This document shows, piece after piece, positions 10,533-24,286 of a stretch of 45,893 nt of DNA. This stretch comes from Klebsormidium nitens (Eukaryota > Plantae > Klebsormidiophyceae). The stretch lies in assembly GCA_000708835.1 (NCBI GenBank), contig DF237616.1, forward strand, positions 1 through 45,893, given 5' to 3'. The translations under genes were made by a program, and so were the position numbers. A model generated the notes under the pieces. The model was not told the origin of the DNA. It did not search any database and saw only the letters and a list, made by a program, of their open reading frames with translations. Numbering within the stretch: position 1 is the stretch's first letter; every line of letters begins with the position of its first letter.

Positions 10533-12727
10533 AGTGGAAGGTGGTGGTGAATCCGGCAAGAGAGACATGACCATGTTCTTAGCATCTTGAAGCGCGTAGC
10601 TAGCTTAGGGCACCAGCTCACAAGCTTGCAAGGACTGTTTCACCAGCGATCATGCTGTCTCTGGTCAACATCCATGTTGTTGAACAGTTTGTAAGTTATA
10701 CTTCTAATCTATTCGGGTACATAATTCAGAAGTACAACCTTGACAATAGACAGTCACCTTCCATCATCTGTACATCTAAACAAGTCGTATTGCAGCATTA
10801 GTCACAAGTATGGACATACCCTCGACCTCTGGCCTGCCCTACAAACGCGTTTGTTTGTTAGTATTCGACTAGGGAAGAGGCTGGTTTTAACGTTTCGTGC
10901 ATTTGCTTGATCCTGATCGTATGTACCAATATGTATTGCGACTGAGCGCCATCCTTCTCAAGGTTTGTCGACTTACCAATCAAGGTTGTTTGTAGTCGCA
11001 GAACACGTTTCTAGGGACTTAGCCAAAGTAGAAGTAAGATTTGCAATTTAATCAAAAAGCAGTAGGAAAGGCTTCAGAACTAACTACAGTGTAGTTAGTG
11101 AAGATATTTCATCGATTTGGACGCCATCTCAAGCGTTGTGATGGCGTCCCGGTTGTGTACCAAGCGTCCATTTCTGCTTTCTGGCATGCAGTGAATCATT
11201 CATGATTCTCATAATATGATCACCATGCCCGATATCTGAGAGCTAATTTAAGAAGCATGGAAGACGGAACAAGTATCTGACTTGTTCTTACGGATAGAAT
11301 CGTTCGATCTTGCTATCTTGTGGACTGCAAGTGGTGGGATGCTTCCGGCTCTGCCATTCATATTGTAAAGCTCAAAGCTATCCAGATAATCTTTTGGACT
11401 AATACGTAGCACATGGAGACTTGGTAGGGTGGCTGGGATAATATTCTCAACCTCAAACATCGATCTATGAAAGCCTACATGTGGCCCATGTGTGGCCACG
11501 GCGTTTTAAAGAGAACATCATTGCAGCAGTATCCATCCTTGCATGCGGCACCGGGACTCCCATTGCGACCACGAGCTTTCTACACAGTTTAAACTGCACG
11601 GCACGTGCTAATTCACGCATGGACTTAGGCACAGCTCTGTATGCAGCTTGGCCCACCGCAGGGTCTCAGCTCGACTCTGAACGCACATGTCATCCAGCAA
11701 CTTTGACTCCCATGTGCATGGATATTGAACGACCATGAGTGACTGTCATTGCATCTCAAATCGTAAAACCGTATGGACCTGCGTAGCACATGGAGCTACA
11801 TGCAACCAACTTCCTTATTCACATGCCAATTCTATCATTTCGCAAATAAAAAGTCTCCGATAGAAATTGAAACGTACGACCATGCAACATCAAATGAGCC
11901 TTCAAAATGTGCACGTTAATCATAACTCCGAGGGACAGCCGTTCGTAACAATTGGTAAAATGTCTTTTGAATCTCCTTGTCAACGAAGGGCCTCCCGTAA
12001 CTTCCCTCGATCCTAGAAGCAAATTTCTTACTATGTTTCTATCCTGGCTGCGTGCAACTATGTTCTTCTATCTTCTTTGACAACAACTACTGGACGACAT
12101 GGTGCGGCAACGAAAAAGAGAACCTGCACAAGCACAAGTTTCCGCCAATGTCAGCCTGCATTTCTCATGTCCATACCCTTCGTCAGACACGTGCAGACTT
12201 CCACAAGCACACAAGGCTGCATGGTCGACGGCCATGACATGAACCAAAAGCGTGTAATCAACGTAACTCTTAACAAGAATGGGAAGAATCGCACTCTTAC
12301 CTGGCAGACAACGAGGCTGGCGTTGCCGCTGTCATGCCGTGGCGAACGATCTCTCTCGAGGGGCCTTGTGGATCCCCTCTTTAACTGCTCGTTCAAGCGT
12401 TATTGGCCAACTATGGTACGGTCTCCGCTTGGCAATGCTCGTAATATCCTCATATGCCCTCAACAGACTGACACGGAAAATCTAGTCCTGCAATTCGAGA
12501 ACTCCGACACGTTGACTCCACTATTTCACCATACTCTACGTCATTCGTTTATAGTACATGCTCAAATTCAACTGAACAAGTTCGTGACTCCTAGAAACGG
12601 CTTGGTGCGAGCTCCCCGGCCTTGCCTCTCCCCACGCTCGCTTCTCCTCCTCAGCCCCACAACATGACAACGTGACGCTCCCGTCCACGGCCCTCGCCCC
12701 AGCGTGTGGGCCTTGGCCCCCCCGGCG

Positions 12728-15700
12728 TCACGTGCGCCCGGGCTTGGACAGCGCTGCGTACATGGCGCGCAGCTGGTCCGAGATCTCTTTGAACGACGGC
12801 CGCGCCTTCTGGTCCTGCGCCCAGCAGCGCTCCATGAGGGCACGCCACGCCGGGTCGCACCAGGCGGGGATGGTCGGCCGCAGCGTGTTGTTCACGATGC
12901 CGCCGATGATGGCGCCGTGGTGCATGTCGCGGTACGGCTCCTCGCCCGTCAGCAGCTCCCACAGCACAATGCCGAACGAAAACACGTCCACCTGCACCCG
13001 CGCACCCGCGTCAGCCCCCGCCAGGCATGGCGAGCCAAACCAGACCCTGCTCCTCACCACTGCACTCACGCTGTGCTACTTGACAACAAGCAAAAGGAAA
13101 CAGAGTGGTGCAGGGCCAAGCACGCGTGGCATGCGCTGATGCGCTCCAGAAGCGGAAGGCCGCCGACCTTCTCGGTGACGAAGTGGCTGTTGCCGTCCAG
13201 CAGCTCGGGCGCCATCCAGGGCAGCGTCCCCCGAACACCCCCCGAACACATGGTCTTCTTCTTGATCTTGGACAGGCCCAAATCGCCGACCTGCAAGCAC
13301 AGCGCATGATACACGTCAGCGTGGGACCAAGCGGGCGGGGCTTGGGTTTGCCTTGGAGATGGAGCCCCTAAGCCAAACGGGAATGCTGTACTTCAAACCG
13401 GGCCTGCTTGTTGCATTACACGTGCAGCGGAGGGTGCAAAGGCGAGGTGGGAGGTCCTACCTTGCACACGGGGCGCTGCGGGTCGCGCATGTTGACGAGC
13501 AGGTTGTCGCACTTGAGGTCGAAGTGCACGATGTGCTTCGTGTGCAGGTACTCCATGCCAAACGAGGCGTCCATGGCGATGAGGATGCGCTTCTTGCGGT
13601 CGATCGTCCTGCATCGCCCACACCAGGCGTCAGAGGAAGTCGCACAAGCTCGTGCTTAGGGCGCAGCGAAGGGGCGGAGGCCGGGACACAACCAGCAAGT
13701 CACGGCCGGGACGTGCTGAGGGCAGAGAGCCGCGCTCCGGGGGGCGGGGGTGGTGGGGGTGCGCACCTGTCCTTCTTCTGGAGGACCTGCTTGAGCGAGC
13801 CGTTGACCATGTACTCGGTGACGGTGGCCACGGGCTTGCCCTTGTCCTTGACCACGCCGTAGAAGGCGACCACGTTGGGGTGGTGCAGCGACGACAGCAG
13901 CTCCGCCTCCTTCCAGAAGTCCGCAATCTGCACCACAGCCGGCACACGCACGGGTGAGCGGGCAGCAGGCAGCGCCGGCTGCGTTGAGGGGAAAACGAAG
14001 GAGGGGCCCACCTGGCGTGGACCGACATGGGCATCGCAAGCGCGGACGGACCTTCCGGAGGGGCGGGCCTCAGCAGACGCAGGGGGGGACCACCGCAGGG
14101 TGCAGCCAACCGCTGCAAGCATGACCGGGCGACGGGGGCAGAGGGAGACACCCACCTCTTTATTCTGTCTGCGTTTCACCTCTACCGGCAGATCCCCAGA
14201 CAGCGAAATATCACCAGAATGCATATTCCCATCCTAGAAATACACGAGGGAAAGATGTTCAGTATGAGAAAAGAAGGGGCGGCACAGAGCGATCCTAACG
14301 GGCAGCTACTTGCTTCTGAAACTTTTCTATTACGCCCCAAAGTCTGGCCTCCGCAAGTGTTGATCACGGACGGTTGTCAATCAAAACTCGGGGAATCTTT
14401 GAGAGAGACAGCTGCCAACAAGCACCTAAGTAGGATGACCCGGCAACACACCCTGAAAGAAGAGGAGCACGTGCCTCCTGATCTGATTGACGCGTCTTCT
14501 AAGGGTGCGGCAAGGCGGTGCTCACCGTCTTGTCCTCGTCCTCCCCGCCGCTGAAGACGCTGGCCTTGAGGCGCTTGATGGCAACGTCGGTGCCGCGCCA
14601 CTTGCCGTAGTGCACCGTGCCGAAGGTGCCGCTGCCCAGCTCGCGGATCTCCTCCAGGTCCCCGTCGAAGATCTCCTGCAGCCCCGCGTACTTGGCCTCC
14701 TTCTCCGCCTGCGCCGCCGACGGGCCCGCCCCCGCGCCGGCGTCCTCCGCGGGCTGGGCGCTGGGGGTCTCGGACAGCAGCTGCGACTGCGACTGGAAGC
14801 GGATCTGATCGTCCACCAGCCGCAGCTGCTCCGAGTGCAGCGACACCCCCGCAGGGGACCCCGCCCCGCCTGCCTGCTGCAACACCCCCGCCGCGCGGCC
14901 GCCCTCCTCCGCAGCAGGGCTCTGCGGCTCTGGGGCCCCGGCGTGCTGCACTGCCTGGGCGGCCTCCTTGCTGGGCTGCTCTGGAGGGGCTGCTGGCAGT
15001 TCCGAGGCGAGTGAGGGGGCGGGAGAGGGCGTGCCCAGGCTGGCCGGCAGCTTGTCCGCAGAGGAGCGGGAGGGCAGGCGCTGCTCCTGGATGACGCGCT
15101 CTTGCAACGAGGGCGAGAGCACCTGCAGCAGCGAGGAGCAGGGTCGGGCGCGCTGGAATAAGGGGCCGAGGGGCAAGAGGGCGGGCCTCAAAGATGCGAC
15201 GTGATTCAGAGCTTGGTGGGAAGCGTGCTGGGAACGTCAACAGCGACTGTACAAGTTGAGCACCGTGAAAACGAGACCTCCCCCAAGAAATGCAAACTAC
15301 TGTCTGACCAGAGGACGTTGTAGAGGACTTAGCCTTAGTGTCAAGGTTACATGGTGCACTGAGTTGCAAAAGATAGAAGCCGGATGAGCACAAAACAAGC
15401 GTGGTCCAACAATTAGGCGGGCCTTGTACGTTTCATGTCCAAGGACCATCCGCTATGTAGACGTTCCGCTGCAAAGCGACTTAACAAAGTCCCTCTCACA
15501 TGACAATCCTGAGACGATTACACAATGTCAAGCAATGTTGAGTTCCGGACGGGGTCTCACCTTTTGCTCTTCTGGATGGATCTTCACGAAGCCCGGCCCT
15601 TTGGAGACGGGCACCACCACCGCTGCCTCTGCACCCACCTGCTGCTCGCCGTCTGCCCCCGCGACTGCTCCACTTTGCGTGCGCCCCCACGAGTTGCCCC

Positions 15701-18700
15701 GCCCGCGCGCACTCTCCGTCAGAAGCTTGAGCCCTGAGTGGGGCGTGCCCCACTCCGGCTCTAGGATTCTCAGGGGAGCAATTGACACGGGCAGCCTCTC
15801 CCCCACGCCCGTCCCCATCTGCTTGCTTGCGCCCACGACCGCCGAGCCGTGCGCGGCAGTTACTTCTGGCTGGCCCAGCGGTGGTGCCTTGAGCGGGCTC
15901 TGCAGCACCGCGGCCGCCATGTCCTCTGCGAGGCGTGTAGCAGCCCAGTCCGCGGCCTCCCCGGTGCTCGTGTGCGGGGAGTCACTGACGGCCAGCGCAG
16001 CCGTCCAGGCCGCACTGATGCCCGAGCTGACGCCACTGGTGGGGCTCTGGGGAGGGGACGCGCGGAAGAGGGGCACCGGCTCCGCCAGGCTGTTTTCTGC
16101 GATGGGGGGGATGCTGGGGAGGGGGCCAGAGGCTGGCGGGGCCAGGGAAGGGGGGATCCCGTAGTGGGGGTCCATGGACAGCACGCTCTCCAGAGGCGCC
16201 ACAGGTGGCCCCACCGAGAGGTGCCCCAGAGGCGAGGGGAAACCGTCAAAGACGAGGGACGGAACAGGGACCACTGGCTCTGGCTGCTGCAGGATGCTGA
16301 CAGGGCTGGGACGGGCCATGGCTAGATCCGGCGAGGGCAACAGGGGTCCGCCCACGAGAGGCCGTCCGAGGTTGAGTTGGGGCAGGCTAGGGTCCTGTAG
16401 CTCCAGGAGCACAGGAGGGGAAGGGGCCTTGCCCGGGCTCGGCAAATACACGGGCTTGCCGCCGCGGCCAGCCATCGGCCCGAGGCTGTTGACATCACTG
16501 GTGATGCTGGGAGCTTCTTGTACGACTCCGTTCTGGGAAACGGCCTCAGGCCTGGTCAAGGCAGCGAGGGACAGGGGCAGCGGCGCGGGCCCATCAGAAT
16601 ATGGGGCGTTAACAGGCGAAGCAGAGGGGCGCGGGGCCCCACTGTTCCCCGGGGAAAGGGGATGAGGTGGAGGCCGGCTCTGGGAGCTGGAGCCGGCGCT
16701 CAGCTGAAGCAGTTCGGCCGGTGGCGGAGGGGTGTCCCCTAGCGCAGGGTACGCTTCTGACGGCTGGAAGCCACTCGCAGGGAGGGGGATTGCTGTGGGC
16801 GGAGACACCCCTCTTGGAGGCAATTGTTGCGGGAAATCGAAATCCGGAGGCTTGGTGGTGGCCATGTCGCGGGGGCTCGCCCGCAGCTCCTCCGGCCCAC
16901 CTCCATACCAGGGAGCAGCAGGGGGCAGTGCCAGGGGCCCCAGCAGCTCCCGCCGGGACCCCCTTCTCTGCAGCAGGGAGGCTGCTTCGCGCCCCTCCTC
17001 CACAAAGAATGGCGCGTCCGGCCCCGCCTGGCCGCTGTCACCTGCAGCACAGAAAAAAGGGCAGGCCACCACAGTCAACGTGGTAGCTAGGTGGCGACTT
17101 TGCGGATCCCCATTTATGCAATCTGTCTCGGGCCTACGTTTCGTCTCAAAACGATCCCAATTGGCAGATGTCCCGTCAGCTTCTCGGGGCTCGCGACCGA
17201 CCAGTGCGAGCCTGCAAAAAGCTACTGCAAGTCCAGTACCTGACGCTGTGTTAGAACACTTGATTCAGGGCAAAGCGCAAAATTTGTTTAGGAGTCTGCT
17301 TAATTACTGCAAAACCCAAATTTTACCTTCTCTAACATGGACAAATGTGAAGTGCAAAATAGGCATAAGAAGAAACTTCTCTGATCCTGTGCGTGACGGC
17401 ACCTTGTACATTGGTCATAAGGACCCATTAGAGGGCTTCGTATATGTTGTGGTTGTTCATCCAGGTTTGTTCATCCAGGCCACGGCCGAATAGGCGACCC
17501 GCCCTTGGATTACTTGCATTGCTTACCAGCATTCCTTTCCACCCTCGACCGCGTACTCTAAGCTTTGTACCAGAAGATGCAAAACCTGCTCTGACCAGGT
17601 TCAAGTCCTTATAAGTTTGAAACCCCTTAACCACCATGACACCTACCTGCGGTGCGATGCAGGTCTTGGTTGGACCCTCTTCTCGGCATGCCTCCTCTCC
17701 CCACATCCTGGCCCCAGCTGAGGGGTACCCTGCGCCCATCCTGCCATGGCTCGGAAGCCCCCTCCCCGTGGTCCTCGGGGTAGACATCCCGCCGCCCCTC
17801 GTCCCAGGACCCTGCCAGCCCTGGCAGGCCGTCCCGCGCCCCCGAGTCCTGCCGCAGCTCCCTCTCTGTCTTGGCCTGCCAGTAGGGCTCCCCTTCTTGC
17901 AGCTGGCGCTGGCTGGCGGACCGGGGCATGCGCCCGCCACTGTCGCCGTAGTGTGCATCCCGCTCCCCGCTCTGCCCGTCCAGCCAGCGGTGCACCCTCT
18001 GGTCCCCGCCGCCTGCGGGGCCACCATGAGCGGCCTCATACGGGCGCTCGCGGGTGTCCATCTCCAAGTACCCCTGCTGCGCCACCTCCACGTCTGCTGC
18101 CTGCTCCGCTCGCCACAAGCCCGCATCTCCGGCCCACCGACCACTCCCGTCCCCTACACGCCCACGATACAAGTGCCCTCCGGGGCTGCCCACCACGCCT
18201 GCCTGATCCGCCGGAAACCCACGCAGGGAGGCATCCGAGGCCCCATGCTGTGCGAAGCGGGATATCATCTGATCGTGGTGCCAAGCCTCCCCTATTGGCT
18301 CGCGGAACTCCATCTGCCTGGGAGAGCCCGGCAGCGAGCGTGGGTGCTGGCTGTGCTGCCGCCGGAAGGCTTCGACGTGGGAAGGGGGGTGCTGCACATG
18401 AGAGTCCGCCATCGGAGGAGAGGAACCGTCGACAGCAGTGTGCCGGCGGCCATACCGGGGGGTCTCATGGGGCGAGGCTGACTCCCCAAACTCCCCCAGT
18501 CCCCCAGCTCTCTTGTACTGGCCATGTGCATACCCTGGGGAGGCTGGCTCTGAATGGAGGTTCAGTTTCAGAGGGACCCCTGCCAACCCCGCATGAAGCT
18601 GGGGCATGGAGGGCGGCTGTGGGAGGCGACTTCCAAACTGCCCCTCCTGCAGGTCCAGTGCCGATTCCGACTGCATGTGCTGGCCCAGGCGCCCTTGCTG

Positions 18701-21700
18701 GCCACCAGACGGAGGCCGTGGCGGCAGCGGGTGCGGCGTGTAGGGATCCCCATGCCCCGCCGCGGCAAAGGCCGCAGCAGCCTGATCGTCGTGGCGGGGA
18801 GACGAGTTGGTGGAGCGCGGGTGGCCCTCTAGTGCAGCCATGTCCCCCAGGCGGGCCAGGTTGTCTCGGGAGCGCACGCGCAGCATGCCTGCCTCCTGGG
18901 TGCTGGCAGGGGGGGAGGTGCGGCTGGGGTGCAAGGGGGGCAGGTCTGGGCGGGCATGCTCTGGTGGGCGGCCGTCGGCGTGCTGGTGCGCGTGCCAGAG
19001 CTCGTCGAAGGCCTGCAGCTGGTGCAGCTTGTGCTGCTGCTGCTGCTGGAGGTGCTCCGCGCTGAGGCCCCCCAGGTCCAGCCGCGGCGGGCCCGCAGAG
19101 TACGCGCCTGCGCCCAACTCGGGCCCCATGGTTGGCGTGTCGGTCGGCGAGCGACGANNNNNNNNNNNNNNNNNNNNNNNNNNNNNNNNNNNNNNNNNNN
19201 NNNNNNNNNNNNNNNNNNNNNNNNNNNNNNNNNNNNNNNNNNNNNNNNNNNNNNNNNNNNNNNNNNNNNNNNNNNNNNNNNNNNNNNNNNNNNNNNNNNN
19301 NNNNNNNNNNNNNNNNNNNNNNNNNNNNNNNNNNNNNNNNNNNNNNNNNNNNNNNNNNNNNNNNNNNNNNNNNNNNNNNNNNNNNNNNNNNNNNNNNNNN
19401 NNNNNNNNNNNNNNNNNNNNNNNNAGGTGGGGATGGTGCGCCAGGGAGTCGAGCACCAGAACATCCGTGCCCGGGGGGCCATAGTGCCCCCCACCTTGAT
19501 GACCATACTGAGGGCCAGTCCCAGGACGCTGCTCCACGTCGTCGAAATGATATGTGGTACGAAGGACGGACTGTGAAAGGAAGTAACAAGGGATATGAAT
19601 GCACTCTGATTAAAAAGAAAGGCTTGGAAACAAGTTAGTGGAGTGACCAGTCTCCGTTAGATCTATGTGTTCAGGAGCAGAGGCTGCACTCCATTGGCAA
19701 AGTACCCTGTCAGCAGGGTACTAGGCAAAACTACTAGTAACTGGAACATGATCCATCCTACAGACTTGGTTCTGACCAGACCTGCACCCTCAACTATGCA
19801 TCCAATGCAGTTAGACCATGCAAATCAACTGAGAAAAGCCCTTGAAAAGCCCTAACAAGTAGATTCGTAAGAGACACGAAGCTCGACTTAGACAGAAACA
19901 GCAAGCACTCCTTTCAGAGCGATTTTTTTTCCAATCAACCTCTCTTGATGGATGAAAAGTAACTGATGTTGCTTGAACCATACCTGCGGCACAGCATCCT
20001 CCATCCCAAAGTACTTCTCAAAGTTGGGCCCTGCATCTTCATAGGGCGCTCTCAACCCTTCTTTGCCCTCTGCCGGGAAGAGAAACAGCCGCAGCCGCTG
20101 CGCTTTGCCCTCTGCTGAGTTCCGCTCAATCTCGTCATACTCTTCCATCATGCTATTCAGGTCCTCGTCGTTGGACACCGACAGGAGCGTGTCCAAGTCC
20201 ATGTCGGGCAGCTGGTACTTGAGGCTCAGTGCTTCGCTGTAGTATTCTGTCAGCTTGAACATGAGCTCCGAGTACGTGATGTCCCGGCTCACAGTGAAAA
20301 TGCGCGTCTCGCCCCCCACATACCGCAACTTTCCATCCGTGAACTTTATCTCACCCCCAGCACTGCAAAGAAACTTGACCTTGAACATCCCCACCCCGTC
20401 CTCGCTCTGGCTGGACCCACGCCTGTGCTTCGACAGAGAGTGCGACCGCGCTGGCTGCATGCCACCTGGATCGGAGGGCCCTCCTGCCAGGGCCCGGGGT
20501 GGCGTCCGCGACAATTCTGAGGAGGGCCGCCGTGTCCGCTGTTCAACACCCCACACTGGATCCTCATTCTCCAGTCCAGCTAAAGCAGATCTTCGCGAGG
20601 CTGACTCTTCACCTGGTGGCGCTGATGCTTGCACTGCCAGCTCTGACCACTGCCTCGCTCCGTCCTCAGTGGTATCTATGTCACTTCCTTCAACAAGAAA
20701 TGACTTGTCCACTCCTGAGTGCTGGCCCACTCTGACCTCCCGTGAATAAGGATATCCTGCAGAATTTATACAGGTAGACCATTTTAAAGTGCAAGTTGAT
20801 TTATTTGAAATCCTCAGCCACAAGAGATCCATAGGGGACATCTACTCAGGATAGAGCACCAGGTGCAGGCAGATGATCAAAGCACGCTTACTCAAGCCGG
20901 TACCACTGCTTGAAAGTATCTTGGCAAACCCTCAAATACCAGAAAACCTTCCACAACTCTATGTTCCACAGCTGTTATCCCCAATGCATGCACTGAGGAT
21001 GCAGGTTGACAATGGATTCGCCACTTAGAAGATTGCCAATCAGCAAGTGAGAAGTCAAACAACCTTGTGAGCACATGAAAAGCTCCTTCAAATCGCTCGT
21101 TGCCACCCAGTACAAACTAAACACTACATTCCTGGGCATTCACATACCGTATGCACAAACCCTGCCGATCCATTGCAATTGATGATAAGTTACATAGTTG
21201 CACGTTGAAAGTACGTGCATGCAACCTGGTCCTACAATCCAGAAGTTGATATTGTTAAGCAATTGCTTCAATGGAGCGATGGAAGTGCAACCATCTACCC
21301 ACCTGCGTTTGCAACCCCAGTATCTGGTCCATTCCAACTGGTCTGCTGCCCATTCCTGAGTTGCAGAGTTGCAACGCTAGTCGAGTAGGGCTCCTCCAAG
21401 TTTTCGTTCCCTTTCTCTTGGAGCTGACGCACAGAAATACGCCCAGACGAGGAACGCGATGCTGCCATTGCTGAGTTAAGATCTAGCAGGTTGAAATTCT
21501 TTGAAGCATGCTCTATTTTTGGCTGTGTCCCAAAAGCAGACGAAGAGCTTCCAAACTGGGAAAGACCCTGGTCGAACCCTGTAATGCCCCCTAAAAAGTG
21601 CGAATCTTCTCTACTGCTTTCTTCCACGTCAACCTCAGATGCCGTGGACGTGAAAGGGGTCAAATCGGAATTCTCCGAAGACAGAGATGTTTGAGGAGAA

Positions 21701-21867
21701 AATGATATCAAGAAGGACCTCTCAGGCCGGTGCTCTTTGTCATTTTTTGCAACTTGCTCAACAAGACCTCCAACTTGGATTGGCTGTGGGAGGCGACTTT
21801 GCAATGGAACCTTATGTGCTATAATTGACGTGGGGGCATATTGTCCATCTCCGAGTCCTCCATCCAT
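12728..21867 (-). CDS. B4-subgroup RAF-like MAPKKK with N-terminal PB1 domain, ~2000 aa
   Basis: Exons 21867-21303, 20756-19984, 19570-17647 (spans the N-gap), 17041-15561, 15122-14526, 13927-13767, 13608-13461, 13290-13168, 12991-12728, with intron phases consistent. PB1 domain VKFLCSAGG...[10 protein letters not shown]...[20 protein letters not shown] (~20135-20385). Kinase motifs [46 protein letters not shown]. The first exon and start codon are less certain. Confidence 0.92.
19158..19424. other. Assembly gap (N run) inside a kinase exon
   Basis: 267 N bases; the reading frame is the same on both sides. Confidence 1.
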
Positions 21868-22355
21868 TGATGCTCAGAGCACTCCGACCAACCCTCAGCC
21901 TCTTCAAACATCGACGAGGTCAGAGGATAACCTCACGCCAAAGATCGCGCACAACATTCTTTCTGGTCAATCCCACGCACACCTGCCACCCAGCGGACTC
22001 TCCCTCTAAAATCCACTGCCATTGGCATCGATGGCACACGCCTCTCTGGCAAAATGATACCCACGCGCCGCACGCCTTCAAGTTCCACAGCCTACAGCTC
22101 CGAGTCCTGAGGCCGCGGAGAAACTCTTCGCGGACCTCATCAGTGAGCACCTGCAGTCACCGTGACTGCAGGCAGCAGCAGTGATTGCGACACCATGGCC
22201 CTGGGAAGTGATTGCGACAGGGACGCGTGCGCTAGGTACCTAGGTACCGTTGCGTGGTACCTACAACCTAAGGCTGTACTGACCAGTGGGTACGGTTGTA
22301 GCCTCAGGAAGTAGGGGCCAGGGCAAGCCGCAACTTCAAGCCGCATAAGTATAGG

Positions 22356-22645
22356 TACCGTAGTCCAACGTGATGATTCCGAAAAAATAAAGAATTATTT
22401 GCGTTCGGAAAGTCAGAAATTCGGATTTAGCATTCGGAAAGTGAAATTCCGGAAAGTTAAAATAACCTTGAAATGGTCCTCGGAAGCCGGAAAACTGCCA
22501 AAAACAACCAAAAACTCCCCTTCTAAGTGGGACCATAGGGCATTCGGATTCTTGTCGGAATCAGCAGAAATAATTCCACTTTCCTGGTCGGATTGTTGTA
22601 AATAAGAAATAAAATCGTTCGGAATCATCACGTTGGACTACGGTA
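22356..22645. mobile_element. Tc1/mariner-type MITE (286 bp core, 26-bp perfect TIRs, TA target duplication)
   Basis: TA|CCGTAGTCCAACGTGATGATTCCGAA (22356-22383) is the exact reverse complement of 22618-22645. The AT-rich interior has repeated TTCGGA/TCCGAA words and no coding capacity. Confidence 0.88.
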
Positions 22646-24286
22646 TGTACCCGGGAGAGACCGGAGAAAGGGGAGGTAACGAAGGTACTGCTAATACCGG
22701 TATGGGGGACCGCACCAAATCTTAAAATGCCCGGCCCCCGGGCCCCATGGGCAGGCCGCAGCACGCCAACCGCGTGAGGCGGCGGCGTGACCTTACCGGC
22801 GCATCATAAATATGATCATATCGGGGCACCAGCCCGGCAGATTTTGCCGCCAAATCTTGCAGATATGTCTATGATGCGACATGAGTTTTCCGGCCAGATG
22901 ATAAACCTGATCTTCATATAAAGATTGCCGAAGCCCCCACGATTTATCGGGAAACTCCAAGTTTCAGCCAGGGAATATCCTGATTGTAGTAGCGAAAAAC
23001 CCGGATGAGCGAAAAGCAGGGCGGTGACTCTGAAGCCTTGGGTGCAGTCGAGTCCCCCAGCCCATTGCTGCTCAAAATCTCAAGCTAGAGCCTTCCACTA
23101 AACCCAATCTCCCAATCTCCCTCTCATCTTACTCATGCTAGGACGTACAAATGCCACGATCATGCGTTTAAGTCGCTTGTGATCTTCCATGTTTCATCGA
23201 TCATTCAATCCCTGCGGGATCCCTGCTAGATTAGCAAAAGAAGAAAGACACCTTGTACCAGTATATGTGCCATGAGAAGCCCCTGCATTTAAAAGCCTGA
23301 TTGGAAGAGACATCTTGTCATCTCGCGACCCCGCTCGGCAAGACAAATAGCTACTCACACTGGATTTTTATCCGGCTAGCTTACATTCAGCATTAACAAC
23401 TTCAGCTCACCTACAAAGGAAGCTTAGTGTTTGCATCTTGGTGTTAGGTGGGGCCCCATGATGCTTAAAGGTTTTCATGCATGCTGCCATCCCCCAAGCG
23501 GGCAATCGAGTCGATCTCGACCAAGGTGACACATGATTGACATGATTGCAACGTCAGAGCAAAAGGATCTATGATCATTCATGTGCAGCCGGCACGACCG
23601 GCCATGCGATGGAAATATGGAATCGAGCTACTAGTTGCTAGATTGCAAGCGGTGAGCTTCTGCCAACACTGTATGTGGCTTATGCCGAGATAACATAATT
23701 CGGACACACTTCTGTCAACAAAACCTGATCAATCTTTCCTGGGTTGTAGATGACTCGGTTGAGGATGCGTGCAACACAGAAGGTTGTCCTTGCCGTTTTA
23801 ATCGTTTTTTTTGTTGGAAACACATCCTTGGTTTTGCCCAGCTGAAGTGCAATCAAGCAAGCATGCAACAATATAGCTGCACTAGAGGGTCTAAATAGTT
23901 GGAAACGGTCCGGCCCTACTTTGCACAAATCAGATGCACGTGTGTACAAGAGCCTTCAACAACACAATTCCAAAATGCACATGAGCTGGCTCACACTACC
24001 GTCTTTTAGCATAATAATTCTTCAACCTAGGAGTCTCATGTCTCGATGCTAATGACAGTCAATGCTAAACCAATTTTTTGGCAAGTCACGATGCTATGTG
24101 AGTTGTTCGGAGCTTTGCGCTAGGGCCCTCCACAAGTGATTGCAACTCTCAAGGTTGCAACGCGCACAGTCGGATAGCCTACTTGCTGTTGCAAATGCCG
24201 CTTGCTAGGCTGAGCAACCCGCAGGTGCAGCCCTGGGCGGCCGGCTATCCGGATGCTGTCGGCGCTCCTACCGACAGCTTGTGGAG

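Noticed and set aside
11248-12022. Short minus-strand ORFs between LDIP and the kinase
   Set aside because: No motif recognised and they could not be joined into a coherent spliced model; treated as UTR/intergenic.
16174-19065. Overlapping plus-strand ORFs of 160-440 aa (e.g. 17746-19065, 16732-17493)
   Set aside because: Reverse-frame artefacts of the GC-rich, Pro-rich kinase exons.
22790-22900. Short hairpins (CGCATCATA/TATGATGCG; GATTTTG/CCAAATC) beside the MITE
   Set aside because: Stems of 9 bp or less with no matching terminus or TSD; not enough to call another element.
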